Below, piece after piece: positions 45,819 through 55,885 of a stretch of 64,000 nt of DNA (within the stretch, counting starts at the first letter, position 1; each line of letters begins with the position of its first letter). This stretch comes from Acidobacteriota bacterium (GTDB taxonomy: Bacteria > Acidobacteriota > CAIWXX01): positions 35,067-99,066 of the forward strand of contig JBFMAF010000044.1 in assembly GCA_040755995.1 (NCBI GenBank). The letters are read 5' to 3'. Position numbers and translations under genes: made by a program. The notes under the pieces were generated by a model. It did no database searches, was not told the origin of the DNA, and saw only the letters and a list, made by a program, of their open reading frames with translations.

Positions 45819-47822
45819 ATGGACTGCTGCCTCGTGAACATGCCGTTCGTGGATGTGCGGCGGCCTTCACTCGCCCTCGGACTTCTGCAGGCCGCCCTCG
45901 AAGCCGACGGCCTGGCGGCGCGGACGGTCTATGGCAACCTCCTTTTCTGCGAGTACGTGGGCCTTCCGGCGATGCAGCTCACGGTGTCGAGCGCATGGAA
46001 TCAGCTGGGTGACTGGGTTTTCTCTCTCGCGGCGTTCCCGGATTTCGAACCTGACCAGCGGCAGTTCTCTAAGTACTTCGTCGAGCGCGGGATGAATCTC
46101 ACATCGCGCACTGGGCGAGTCGCCCGGGAGCGCATGTTCGAGAGGATCCTCCGGCTGGCGACCCACATGCGCACGAAGGTGGACGGTTACCTTGACGGCC
46201 TGGTCGACGAAGTCCTGAGAGGGAATCCGCGCATTGTCGGCTGTTCGTCCATGGTCATACAGCACGTGGCATCTCTCGCTCTGCTGCGACGGATCCGCGA
46301 GCGCGCTCCCGATGTAGTAACCATGCTCGGCGGCGCGAACTGCGAGTCGATCATGGGAGTGGCTACTCACCGCAACTTCCCCTGGGTTGATTTCGTCGTG
46401 TCAGGGGAAGCGGACCATCTGATCGGTCCGCTCGTGCGGAGCATATTGTCGCACGGGCGGGACGTCCCGCCCTCGGACCTGACACCAGGCGTGTTTGGGC
46501 CGGTACATCGTGTGGCGGGCTACCCCGTCGGGGAGGACGGGTCACCCCCTCGAGCCGTCGTCGTGGACATGACCTCCATTCCTCCTCCGAACTATGACGA
46601 CTACTTCTCCACAATCGAGCGGGGCCCCGGGCTTAGGGCGGCGGTCCGTCCCACCCTCTCGGTTCAGACTTCCCGGGGGTGCTGGTGGCACGCGAAGGGA
46701 GGGTGCACGTTTTGCTCGCTTAGCGGACAGGGCACCGCGTTCCGCAGCGTGGACCCTCCTCAGGTGGTGCGGCTGCTACGTCAGATGGTCGAGCGCTACC
46801 ACGTGCGATCATTCGCGATGGTGGACAACATCATCGACCCGCGCCACGTAGAGGCGTTGCCGCCGTTGCTGAAGGGCGACGACCTGACACGTGACTGCCG
46901 GTTCTTCTACGAGACCAGAACCAGTCTGCAGCCACACCAACTGAGATCTCTTGGGGAAGCAGGCGTCAGGTGGCTCCTGCCCGGAATCGAGAGTCTCAGC
47001 ACGGAACTTCTGAGGCTCATGAACAAGGGCTGTCAGGCGTGGCAGAACATACAGTTCCTGAAAGCATGTCTCCGATATGGCATGATGCCATTCTGGAACG
47101 TGCTGCACGGGTTTCCGCTGGAACAAGACGTCTGGTACCGGGAGATGGCGAGTCTCATGCCTCTGCTTCACCACCTGCCCCGGCCCACCACGTTTGCGCC
47201 GTTGCAGATCGGGCGATTCAGTGCATACCACTCGAACCCGGAACGCTTCGGGCTCAAGCTCGTCCCGCTGCGCGACTACTTCTACACATATCCACTGGGC
47301 CGCACGGAGATCGAACAGCTCGCATACTACTTCGAGGACGAACGTGAAGCCGCGTTCGCAGGCAACCCAATGCACGAGTTGCTGGACGGAGAGGGCCTGG
47401 ATGCCGCCCGGCGCGCGGTCTGCGGATGGACCGACAGTTGGACGCCGATCGAGCGTCGTCCCGTGCTGACCGTTGCCGAGATGGATGGGTGCCTCCTCAT
47501 CCGCGACACACGCAAGATCGCGGTGGCAGAGAGGCACGAGCTGCGTGGTACGAAGAAGGAGATATACCAGACCATCGAATCCGGACCGCCACGGGAGTCG
47601 GTGACAGCGATGTTCGCCCGGCGCGGGATTGCGGGGGAGAGGATTGAGGAGGGGATAAGGGAGCTCGTAGAGCTGAGGTTGGCCATAGAGATCGACGGGC
47701 GGCTGTTGTCGCTGGCGGTGCCTGAACCTGTCTGGCCCCTGCCTGCCGACATCGAGGATATCCGTGGCGCCTTCGTAGTCAGGCAGTTCATTGCCGCACG
47801 GAAAAATGCGAAGAGAAACTGA
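45819..47822 (+). CDS. Cobalamin-dependent radical SAM RiPP C-methyltransferase (PoyB/PoyC-like), copy 1
   Basis: LVNMPF...PSLALGLL, B12-binding GGANCE, SRGCWWHAKGGCTFC, PGIES, RFSAY. Confidence 0.9.
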   Translation: MDCCLVNMPFVDVRRPSLALGLLQAALEADGLAARTVYGNLLFCEYVGLPAMQLTVSSAWNQLGDWVFSLAAFPDFEPDQRQFSKYFVERGMNLTSRTGRVARERMFERILRLATHMRTKVDGYLDGLVDEVLRGNPRIVGCSSMVIQHVASLALLRRIRERAPDVVTMLGGANCESIMGVATHRNFPWVDFVVSGEADHLIGPLVRSILSHGRDVPPSDLTPGVFGPVHRVAGYPVGEDGSPPRAVVVDMTSIPPPNYDDYFSTIERGPGLRAAVRPTLSVQTSRGCWWHAKGGCTFCSLSGQGTAFRSVDPPQVVRLLRQMVERYHVRSFAMVDNIIDPRHVEALPPLLKGDDLTRDCRFFYETRTSLQPHQLRSLGEAGVRWLLPGIESLSTELLRLMNKGCQAWQNIQFLKACLRYGMMPFWNVLHGFPLEQDVWYREMASLMPLLHHLPRPTTFAPLQIGRFSAYHSNPERFGLKLVPLRDYFYTYPLGRTEIEQLAYYFEDEREAAFAGNPMHELLDGEGLDAARRAVCGWTDSWTPIERRPVLTVAEMDGCLLIRDTRKIAVAERHELRGTKKEIYQTIESGPPRESVTAMFARRGIAGERIEEGIRELVELRLAIEIDGRLLSLAVPEPVWPLPADIEDIRGAFVVRQFIAARKNAKRN

Positions 47823-49815
47823 CTGCTGCTTTGTGAACATGCCGTTCATGGACGTGCGGCGGCCTTCACTCGCGCTCGGCCTGCTCCAGGCTGCCCTCGA
47901 AGACAACGGCCTGACCGCCCGGACGGTGTATGGCAATCTGCTTTTCTGCGAATACTGTGGCCTACCTGCTGTGCAGATCACCCTTTTCGACTCGCGATCT
48001 CTGTTGGCCGAATGGGTGTTCTCTCGCGCGGCGTTTCCGGGATTCAATCCGGACCCACGGGTTTACTTCGACTACTTCCTTGAGCGCCTGAAGAATTGGT
48101 CGTACCGCACGAGGATGGTTAGAGAAGACGGCACCTTCGAAGGACTTCTCCGACTGGCGATCCACCTGCGAACGAAGGTGGACGGATACCTCGACGAACT
48201 CATCGAGGAGGTGCTCGAACGGAATCCGCGCATCGTGGGTTGCTCTTCCACGTTCGAACAGCACCTGGCCTCTCTCGCCCTGCTCCGGCGAATCCGCGAG
48301 CGCGCGCCCGAGGTTGTTACGATGATCGGGGGCGCGAACTGCGAGTCGGCGATGGGGGTAGCCACTCACCGCAACTTTCCCTGGGTTGATTTCGTGGTGT
48401 CGGGGGAGGCGGACCATCTGATCGGCCCGCTCGTTAGAAGCATCTTGTCGCACGGCCGGGACGTCCCAGCCTCGGAGCTTCCCACCGGCGTGTTCGGCCC
48501 GCCTCATCGCCTGGCCGGGTACCCCGCCGGAGAGGACGGGCTGCCGCCGCGCGCGGTTGTCATGGACATGAATTCCATCCCGGTGCCAAATTACGACGAC
48601 TACTTCTCCACACTGGAAGGTTGTCCGACGCTCGGAGCCGCTGTCCTGCCCACCCTCACGTTCCAGTCCTCCCGAGGATGCTGGTGGCACTCGAAGGGTG
48701 GATGCACGTTCTGCGGGCTGAATGGACAGAGCGACACGTACCGCAGCGGGGACCCTCGTCGCGTGACACAGCAGATCCGCGAGATTGTCCAACGGCACGG
48801 CATACACACATTCATGATGGTGGACAACGTCATGGATCCGCGCCATATGGAAACGCTCTTTCCGCTGCTCAAGGCGGACGACGTCACGCGCAAATGCCGA
48901 TTCTTTTACGAGACCAAGTCCAATCTGGAGCCGCGCCATCTCAAAGCGCTCAGGGAAGCGGGCGTCACGTGGATCCAGCCCGGCATTGAGAGTCTGAACA
49001 CCGGGCTCCTGACGCTGATGAACAAAGGCAGCCAGGCGTGGCAGAACATCCAACTGCTGAAGTCCTGCCTGAGATACGGCGTGAGACCCGTCTGGCATGT
49101 GCTGTATGGGTTCCCTATGGACCGGGACGTCTGGTACCAGGAGATGGCCGATCTCATGCCGCTTCTCCAGCATTTGCCTCCGCCCACCTCGTTCCTGCCT
49201 GTACAGCTCGAGCGGTTCAGCGCCTATCACTCGAACCCGGAACGCTTCGGGCTCAAGCTTGTCCCGCTGCGCTACTACTCTTGTCTGTACCCGCTGGAGC
49301 CGAGGGAGATGGAACAGCTCGCGTATTTCTTTGACGACGAACGTACAGCCGAGTTCGTTCTGAATCCCATGTTCGCCTTCTTGGACGGCAATGGCCTGGA
49401 TGCCGTTCGCATTGCCTTCCGCGAATGGAAGGAAAGCTGGAGGCCACAGGAGAGCCGTCCCGTCCTGAGTGTCGTCGAGCGTGATGCGAGTCTGCTCGTA
49501 CACGACACACGGAAGATCGCGGTTGAGCAGAGCCACGAGCTGCACGGGCTCAGAAGGGAGGTATACTCAGCGGCCGACTCCGGACCAATGCGGGAGTCGA
49601 TGACAAAGAAGCTCGCCGCCCAGGGGATTGCCGCTGAGAGGATCGAAGAAGCGATCCGCGAGCTCATCCAGCTGCGGCTGGCAGTGGAGATAGACGGGCG
49701 AGTTCTGTCCTTGGCGGTCCACGATCCGATCTCGCCTTTCCCTACCCCTAGAGAATACCCCTGTGGATCGTTGGTGATGGAGAAGTTCATCGCGGCTCGC
49801 AGAGGGAAGGATTGA
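47806..49815 (+). CDS. Cobalamin-dependent radical SAM RiPP C-methyltransferase, copy 2
   Basis: Same motifs (SRGCWWHSKGGCTFCGLN, YETKSNL, QPGIES). The conserved Met is missing; nearest in-frame ATG is 47806. Confidence 0.88.
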   Translation: MRRETDCCFVNMPFMDVRRPSLALGLLQAALEDNGLTARTVYGNLLFCEYCGLPAVQITLFDSRSLLAEWVFSRAAFPGFNPDPRVYFDYFLERLKNWSYRTRMVREDGTFEGLLRLAIHLRTKVDGYLDELIEEVLERNPRIVGCSSTFEQHLASLALLRRIRERAPEVVTMIGGANCESAMGVATHRNFPWVDFVVSGEADHLIGPLVRSILSHGRDVPASELPTGVFGPPHRLAGYPAGEDGLPPRAVVMDMNSIPVPNYDDYFSTLEGCPTLGAAVLPTLTFQSSRGCWWHSKGGCTFCGLNGQSDTYRSGDPRRVTQQIREIVQRHGIHTFMMVDNVMDPRHMETLFPLLKADDVTRKCRFFYETKSNLEPRHLKALREAGVTWIQPGIESLNTGLLTLMNKGSQAWQNIQLLKSCLRYGVRPVWHVLYGFPMDRDVWYQEMADLMPLLQHLPPPTSFLPVQLERFSAYHSNPERFGLKLVPLRYYSCLYPLEPREMEQLAYFFDDERTAEFVLNPMFAFLDGNGLDAVRIAFREWKESWRPQESRPVLSVVERDASLLVHDTRKIAVEQSHELHGLRREVYSAADSGPMRESMTKKLAAQGIAAERIEEAIRELIQLRLAVEIDGRVLSLAVHDPISPFPTPREYPCGSLVMEKFIAARRGKD

Positions 49816-49816
49816 C

Positions 49817-51814
49817 ATGGACTGCTGCCTGGTGAACATGCCGTTCATGGACGTGCGCCGGCCCTCACTCGCGCTCGGGCTCCTCCGGGCCGCCCTGGAA
49901 GCCGATGGCCTGACCGCGCGAACCGTATACGGGAACCTGCTCTTCTGCAAGTACGGAGGACTCCCGGCTGCACGATTCATGCTGATCAGGGCTCGAGTTC
50001 TGCTCGGTGACTGGGTGTTTGCTCGCGCGGCATTTCCGGATTCCGATCTCGATCTCCAGCCGTTCTTCGACTACTTCGTCCAGCGCGGAATGAACCTCGC
50101 AGATCGAGCCGGAGTAGCGCTCCCTACAGGAACCTTCGAGTCTCTCATCCGGTTGGCGATGCACGTGCGCACGAAAGTGGACGGCTATCTGGACCACATG
50201 GTCGACAGAATCGTGACACTGGGTCCGCGCGTCGTGGGCTGCTCATCCACCTTCGAACAGCATGTGGCGTCACTTGCGCTTCTACGGCGCATTCGCGAGC
50301 GCAGGCCCGATGTGGTCACCATGATGGGCGGAGCGAACTGCGAATCGATCATGGGAGTGGCTACACACCGCAACTTCCCCTGGGTCGACTTCGTCGTGTC
50401 AGGGGAGGCCGACCATCTGATCGGTCCGCTTGTGCGGAGCATCCTATCGCACGGGCGGGACATCCCGGGTTCCAAGTTGCCGGCGGGCGTGTTCGGACCG
50501 GTCCACCGTCTGAGCGGGTACCCCTTGCAGGATGACAACCGGCCGCCACGCGCGGTCGTCATGGACGTGAATTCCATCCCCGTGCCAAACTACGAGGACT
50601 ACTTCTCCACTCTCGATGAGCTTCCCGCGCTCAAGGCGGCCATCCGACCTGCGTTGCCGTTCCAGTCTTCGCGCGGGTGCTGGTGGCATTCCAAAGGAGG
50701 ATGCACGTTCTGTGGGTTCAACGGCCAGGGCGCCCCTTACCGCAGCACGGACCCTCACCGGGTGATTGGGCAGATCCGCCAGGTGGTGCAGCGCTACGGC
50801 ATCCGGTCAGTCGTGATGGTGGATACCATCATGGATATGCGCTACATTGAGACGCTGCTGCCGCTGCTCCAGGCAGACGACGTGACACGGAATTGCCGAT
50901 TCTACTATGAGACGAAATCGAATCTGCAGCCGCGCCACCTCAGGGCTCTGAGGGAAGCCGGCGTGACATGGGTCCAGCCGGGCATCGAAAGCCTGAGCAC
51001 CGGGCTCCTGACGCTGATGAACAAGGGCTGCCAGGCATGGCAGAACGTACAGTTCCTGAAGGCGTGCCTCAAGTACGGCTTGAGGGTGGCATGGAACGTG
51101 TTGCACGGATTCCCGCTGGAGCAGGACCATTGGTATGAGCGGATGGCCGGCCTGATGCCGCTCCTTCACCATCTGCCGCCGCCTAACATGTTCACACAGA
51201 TGCAGATCCAGCGGTTCAGCAGATATCATTCGGATCCCGAGCGATTCGGGCTCAAGCTCGTCCCATTGCGAGACTATCTGTACATCTACCCATTGCAGCC
51301 CCAAGAGCTCGAGCAGCTCGCCTTCTTCTTCGATGACGAGCGAGGAGCCGAGCTCGCGTTGAACGCCATGTACCCCTTTCTTGACGGCACTGGCCTGGAT
51401 TCTGTCCGCGCCGCCTTCAAGGCGTGGAAGAAGAGCTGGGCACCCCCGGAGTCTCGTCCAGTGCTGACGATCACCGAAACGGACGGGAGCCTGCTCGTAC
51501 GCGATACACGGAAGATAGCGATGGCGGAGAGGCACCTGTTGTCTGGCACCGAGAAGGGCGTATTCGAGGCCGCCGACTCCGGGCCACTCTTGGAATCGCT
51601 GACAAAGAGATTCGTGAACCAGGGGGTTGCCCCCAAGGAGATCGAAGAGGTTCGCGCGAAGCTCGTGGATCTCAAGCTGGCCATCGAGATCGACGGGAGG
51701 CTCCTGGCCCTGGCCGTTCCGGAGCCGATCCGGCCCTTTCCACCTGAGAGGGAAGACATTCGAGGTGCGTTCCGGCTCGACCAGTTCACGGCAGCCTACA
51801 AGCGGGAGAACTGA
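49817..51814 (+). CDS. Cobalamin-dependent radical SAM RiPP C-methyltransferase, copy 3
   Basis: MDCCLVNMPF start; SRGCWWHSKGGCTFCGFN; QPGIES. Confidence 0.9.
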   Translation: MDCCLVNMPFMDVRRPSLALGLLRAALEADGLTARTVYGNLLFCKYGGLPAARFMLIRARVLLGDWVFARAAFPDSDLDLQPFFDYFVQRGMNLADRAGVALPTGTFESLIRLAMHVRTKVDGYLDHMVDRIVTLGPRVVGCSSTFEQHVASLALLRRIRERRPDVVTMMGGANCESIMGVATHRNFPWVDFVVSGEADHLIGPLVRSILSHGRDIPGSKLPAGVFGPVHRLSGYPLQDDNRPPRAVVMDVNSIPVPNYEDYFSTLDELPALKAAIRPALPFQSSRGCWWHSKGGCTFCGFNGQGAPYRSTDPHRVIGQIRQVVQRYGIRSVVMVDTIMDMRYIETLLPLLQADDVTRNCRFYYETKSNLQPRHLRALREAGVTWVQPGIESLSTGLLTLMNKGCQAWQNVQFLKACLKYGLRVAWNVLHGFPLEQDHWYERMAGLMPLLHHLPPPNMFTQMQIQRFSRYHSDPERFGLKLVPLRDYLYIYPLQPQELEQLAFFFDDERGAELALNAMYPFLDGTGLDSVRAAFKAWKKSWAPPESRPVLTITETDGSLLVRDTRKIAMAERHLLSGTEKGVFEAADSGPLLESLTKRFVNQGVAPKEIEEVRAKLVDLKLAIEIDGRLLALAVPEPIRPFPPEREDIRGAFRLDQFTAAYKREN

Positions 51815-51815
51815 C

Positions 51816-53804
51816 ATGGATTGCTGCCTGGTGAACATGCCGTTCATGGAAGTGCGGAGGCCTTCACTCGCAATCGGGCTTCTGCAGGCTGCTCTGGAGG
51901 CAGATGGCCTAACGGCGCAGTCGGTCTATGGGAATCTGCTCTTCTGCGAGCACGCCGGCCTCCCTGCGATACAGGTCATGTTCACCGGCATGCGGAGTCT
52001 GCTCTGCGACTGGGTGTTCGCTCGTGCGGCCTTTCCGGAGTTCGATCCCGACCCGGAGCCATTTTTCGAGGATTTCGTCAAGCGCGGAACGAATCTCGGG
52101 TACCGCGCCGGGCAGGCCGTCCGCGAAGGCGTGCTCAAGAGATTCCTGCAGGTGGCGATTCAATTGCGTGCGCAGGTCGACGGGTACCTTGACAAGCTCA
52201 TCGACAGAGTGCTCGCGGGTAATCCGCGTGCCGTGGGCTGTTCATCCACCTTTGAGCAACATGTGGCCTCGCTCGCTCTTCTGCGACGCATCCACGCAGC
52301 CGCTCCAGACGTCGTCACCATGCTTGGGGGTGCCAACTGCGAGTCGGTCATGGGCGTGGCGACTCACCGCAACTTCCCCTGGGTCGACTTCGTCGTTTCG
52401 GGGGAAGCCGATCGTGTGATCGGCCCACTGGTGCGCAGCGTCCTGAGACACGGGCGTGATATCCCAGCCACGGAGCTGGCCGCGGGCGTGTTCGGGCCCG
52501 CCCATCGCCCTCTAAGCTACCCATCCGGAGAGGACGGGCGGCCGCCGCGGGCGGTTGTCTCTGATGTGACGTCCCTGCCTGCGCCGAACTACGATGACTA
52601 CTTCTCGACACTCAAAGAGCTCCGCGGCCTCAAGCTGGTGATCCGCCCAACGCTGATGTTCCAAACTTCGCGCGGATGCTGGTGGCACGCGAAGGGAGGC
52701 TGCACCTTCTGCGGGCTGAACGGGCAGAATGACACTTACCGCAGCAGAAACGCTCAACAGGTGATCCAGCAGATCCGTCAGATGGCGCAACGGTACGGCG
52801 TGCGCACATTCATGATGGTGGACAACATCGTCGATATGCGCTACATCGAGTCACTGCTCCCGCTCCTGAAGGCGGATGAAGTGACACGCGACTGCCGGTT
52901 CTTCTACGAGACCAAGTCGAATCTTGAGCCGCACCACGTCAGATCGCTCAGGGAAGCGGGGGTAACGTGGATCCAGCCCGGGATCGAAAGCCTCAACACG
53001 GAGCTCCTGAGGCTAATGAACAAAGGCTGCCAGGCATGGCAGAACATACAGTTGCTGAAGTCGTGCCTGAGGTACGGCGTGAGGCCGGTTTGGCATCTGT
53101 TGCACGGGTTCCCGCAAGAGCAAGATGCCTGGTATCAGGAAATGGCCGAGCTCATGCCTCTCCTCCACCACTTGCCCAGACCCACGCTCTTCACCTATGT
53201 GCAGCTACAGCGGTTCAGCGCCTACCACTCGCATCAGGAACGCTTCGGTCTCAAGCTGGTGCCTTTGCGAGACTACCGGCACACGTATCCGCTGGAGCCT
53301 GAGGAGATCGAACAGCTTGCGTTCTTCTTCAATGACGAGCGAGAGGCCGAGCTCGCGCTCGATCCCATGTATGCATTCCTCGACGGACAGGGTCTGGATG
53401 CCGCCCGCTCCGCCTTCCATGAATGGAAGGACTGCTGGAAGTATGTCGAGCAGCGCCCCATTCTGAGGGCCACCGAGATGGACGGGTGCCTGCTCATCCG
53501 TGATACGCGAAAAATAGCGGTGGCGGAGAGCCACGAGCTGGTCGGCATCAGGAAAGACGTGTACGCCGCAGCGGACTCGGGGCCACTGTTGCGGTCGCTG
53601 ATCACGAGATTCGCGAACCAGGGGATCGCGCCGGGAACGGTCGAAGGAGCGGTGCGGGAGCTCGTGGAGCTGAAGCTGGCACTCCCGGTCGACAGGCGAT
53701 TACTGGCGCTTGCCGTCCCTGAGCCGGCATGGCCTTTCCCGACAAACAGGGAATACCTCGGGGGAGCAATTGAGCTGGAACGATTCGAGGCGGCAACGAA
53801 ATAG
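51816..53804 (+). CDS. Cobalamin-dependent radical SAM RiPP C-methyltransferase, copy 4
   Basis: TGAC-ATG junction; MDCCLVNMPF; SRGCWWHAKGGCTFCGLN. Confidence 0.9.
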   Translation: MDCCLVNMPFMEVRRPSLAIGLLQAALEADGLTAQSVYGNLLFCEHAGLPAIQVMFTGMRSLLCDWVFARAAFPEFDPDPEPFFEDFVKRGTNLGYRAGQAVREGVLKRFLQVAIQLRAQVDGYLDKLIDRVLAGNPRAVGCSSTFEQHVASLALLRRIHAAAPDVVTMLGGANCESVMGVATHRNFPWVDFVVSGEADRVIGPLVRSVLRHGRDIPATELAAGVFGPAHRPLSYPSGEDGRPPRAVVSDVTSLPAPNYDDYFSTLKELRGLKLVIRPTLMFQTSRGCWWHAKGGCTFCGLNGQNDTYRSRNAQQVIQQIRQMAQRYGVRTFMMVDNIVDMRYIESLLPLLKADEVTRDCRFFYETKSNLEPHHVRSLREAGVTWIQPGIESLNTELLRLMNKGCQAWQNIQLLKSCLRYGVRPVWHLLHGFPQEQDAWYQEMAELMPLLHHLPRPTLFTYVQLQRFSAYHSHQERFGLKLVPLRDYRHTYPLEPEEIEQLAFFFNDEREAELALDPMYAFLDGQGLDAARSAFHEWKDCWKYVEQRPILRATEMDGCLLIRDTRKIAVAESHELVGIRKDVYAAADSGPLLRSLITRFANQGIAPGTVEGAVRELVELKLALPVDRRLLALAVPEPAWPFPTNREYLGGAIELERFEAATK

Positions 53805-53836
53805 GGGAGACGATCAGACTGGCAGGGATACGTTAG

Positions 53837-55885
53837 ATGGCAGGCAAGATTGACGTGGTCCTCGTGAACATGCCCTTCACCATGCCATTGACCCCTTCGC
53901 CGGCGCTGGGGATCCTGCAGGCCGTGCTCCAGGCAGAGCGGATATCAGCCGCCAGCTTCTACGCCAACCTGACGTTCTGCGAGGAGTGCTCGTTCGAGCG
54001 CTACAAAATGATCAGCCACTGCAACCGTGACGAAGCGCTCGGCGACTGGATCTTTGCCGGCACGGCCTTCCCTGACTTCAGCCCTCCGGACGTTGAGAAG
54101 TATCTCCGGCGCGTCTACCGGCGAAATTATGTCTTCTGGCGCATGGGCATACAGAAGCTGATCGAAATGGCTTGGGAAATGCGGGGGCTCGCCGCGCCGT
54201 TCGTCCAGAAAGCAGCGGCAAGGGTGGTCGAACTGCGCCCGCGCATCGTCGGGTGCACGTCGATGTACACGCAGCACGTGGCAGCACTGGCCCTGTTGCG
54301 CCGTGTGCGAGAACTAGATCCCACTATCGTGACTATCATGGGAGGGGGCAACTGCGAGTCCGTAATGGGGCTCACCACGCACCGCTGCTTCCCCTTCGTG
54401 GACTATGTGGTCTCCGGCGAGGCAGACGAGCTGCTGCCCAGCCTGGTCCGCGGCATCTTCCTCGACGGACGCGGGCTCGACGCAGCCCGACTGCCGCGGG
54501 GTGTCTTCGCGCCCTGCCACCGGACCGTGGGGTACCCAGGCGACGGCGAGCGAGCACAGCGCGCCACGGCTTCAGACTTGGAACGGCTCCCCGTGCCCGA
54601 CTACTTCGACTACTTTGAGCAGTTGGCTCGGATGCCGGTCTTAAGCAAGATCGTACACGCAGGCGTTCCGCTGGAGACTTCACGGGGATGCTGGTGGGGA
54701 CGCTGCCGGTTCTGTGCGGTGCCGGGGCGGGACATGCCCTTCAGGAGCAAGTCGCCCGATCGCGTGATGGCGGAGCTCGACACGCTGCATGACCGGCACG
54801 GGGCGACCCACTTCCTCTTCACCGACAGCCTCATCGACACGGACTACTACACGACTCTCCTTCGCGAGCTGGCTCGCAGGAGGCGCCCGTTTCGACTCTT
54901 CTACGAGATGAAATCCAACATCAGCCGAAATGAGCTGTCACTCTTGCGCGATGCGGGCTTTGCGTGGATCCAGCCTGGAATCGAGAGCTTCTCCACACCC
55001 CACCTCGAGTGCATGAACAAGGGAGTGAAGGGATGGCAGCACGTCCGTCTGCTCAAGTGCGGAAGCGAGCTGGGAATGCGAGTCATCTATAACATTGTTC
55101 TCCGGCTGCCTGACGAAAGAGATGAGTGGTTGTGGGAGATGGCGAGGTTGATCCCATGGATATGCCACCTTCAGCCGCCTTTGAGCAACGCGCGAATGCG
55201 CTTCGACCGGTTCAATTACTATGTCGAGAATCGCGTCGAGCTTGGACTCGGGCTTCGAGCCCCCGAATCCTTTGGATGGATCTACCCCCTCCAGCAGAAA
55301 GACCGGGATTCCCTCGTCTACACGCTTGTGCTCGAGGACGAAGAGTGCCTTGGGGACGACCCTTTTCTCAGAGGGCTCCTGAAGGGACAGGCGGTGAGTG
55401 ACCTCTCCGGGGCGATCAATGGGTGGAAGAGGCTCCGCAATTCGTCTTCCCCGCCCATGCTGTCGATGAGGGATGCCCCGGGCAAGTTGCTGGTGCGCGA
55501 CACTCGCCCTTGCGCCATCGAAGCGGAGGTGGAGCTGTCGGGTGCGTCCCGCGCAGTGCTGCTCGCATGCGCCGACGGGGTGGACGAAGCAGGCATCTTC
55601 GAGCATGTGGGAGATCAGTGCCCGTCCAGCTCCGAATGCCGTCGCGTTGTGGAGGACCTTGTTCGGCGCAAGTTCCTGCTTCGCATGGATGGCCACCTGC
55701 TCACGCTCGTGCTGCCCGAGCCCGTGCCCCCGATACCGAACATCAAGGAGCATGGAGGCGGATACGTCGATTTCTCAGTCCTGCAGGGGCATGCCGATGC
55801 GTACGAGCACGGGAGCCACGATGCCTGCGCGTCAAGCGTGATCACGGGGGTTGGAGATGGGAGCACTGACAGCGATGGGATTTGA
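53837..55885 (+). CDS. Cobalamin-dependent radical SAM RiPP C-methyltransferase, copy 5 (divergent)
   Basis: LVNMPF, GGGNCE, ETSRGCWWGRCRFC, YEMKSN, QPGIES. Confidence 0.88.
   Translation: MAGKIDVVLVNMPFTMPLTPSPALGILQAVLQAERISAASFYANLTFCEECSFERYKMISHCNRDEALGDWIFAGTAFPDFSPPDVEKYLRRVYRRNYVFWRMGIQKLIEMAWEMRGLAAPFVQKAAARVVELRPRIVGCTSMYTQHVAALALLRRVRELDPTIVTIMGGGNCESVMGLTTHRCFPFVDYVVSGEADELLPSLVRGIFLDGRGLDAARLPRGVFAPCHRTVGYPGDGERAQRATASDLERLPVPDYFDYFEQLARMPVLSKIVHAGVPLETSRGCWWGRCRFCAVPGRDMPFRSKSPDRVMAELDTLHDRHGATHFLFTDSLIDTDYYTTLLRELARRRRPFRLFYEMKSNISRNELSLLRDAGFAWIQPGIESFSTPHLECMNKGVKGWQHVRLLKCGSELGMRVIYNIVLRLPDERDEWLWEMARLIPWICHLQPPLSNARMRFDRFNYYVENRVELGLGLRAPESFGWIYPLQQKDRDSLVYTLVLEDEECLGDDPFLRGLLKGQAVSDLSGAINGWKRLRNSSSPPMLSMRDAPGKLLVRDTRPCAIEAEVELSGASRAVLLACADGVDEAGIFEHVGDQCPSSSECRRVVEDLVRRKFLLRMDGHLLTLVLPEPVPPIPNIKEHGGGYVDFSVLQGHADAYEHGSHDACASSVITGVGDGSTDSDGI

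Noticed and set aside
46809..51847. Long minus-strand ORFs (412, 527, 346 aa) resembling each other
   Set aside because: Antisense shadows of the duplicated methyltransferases; their similarity follows from the sense-strand duplication.
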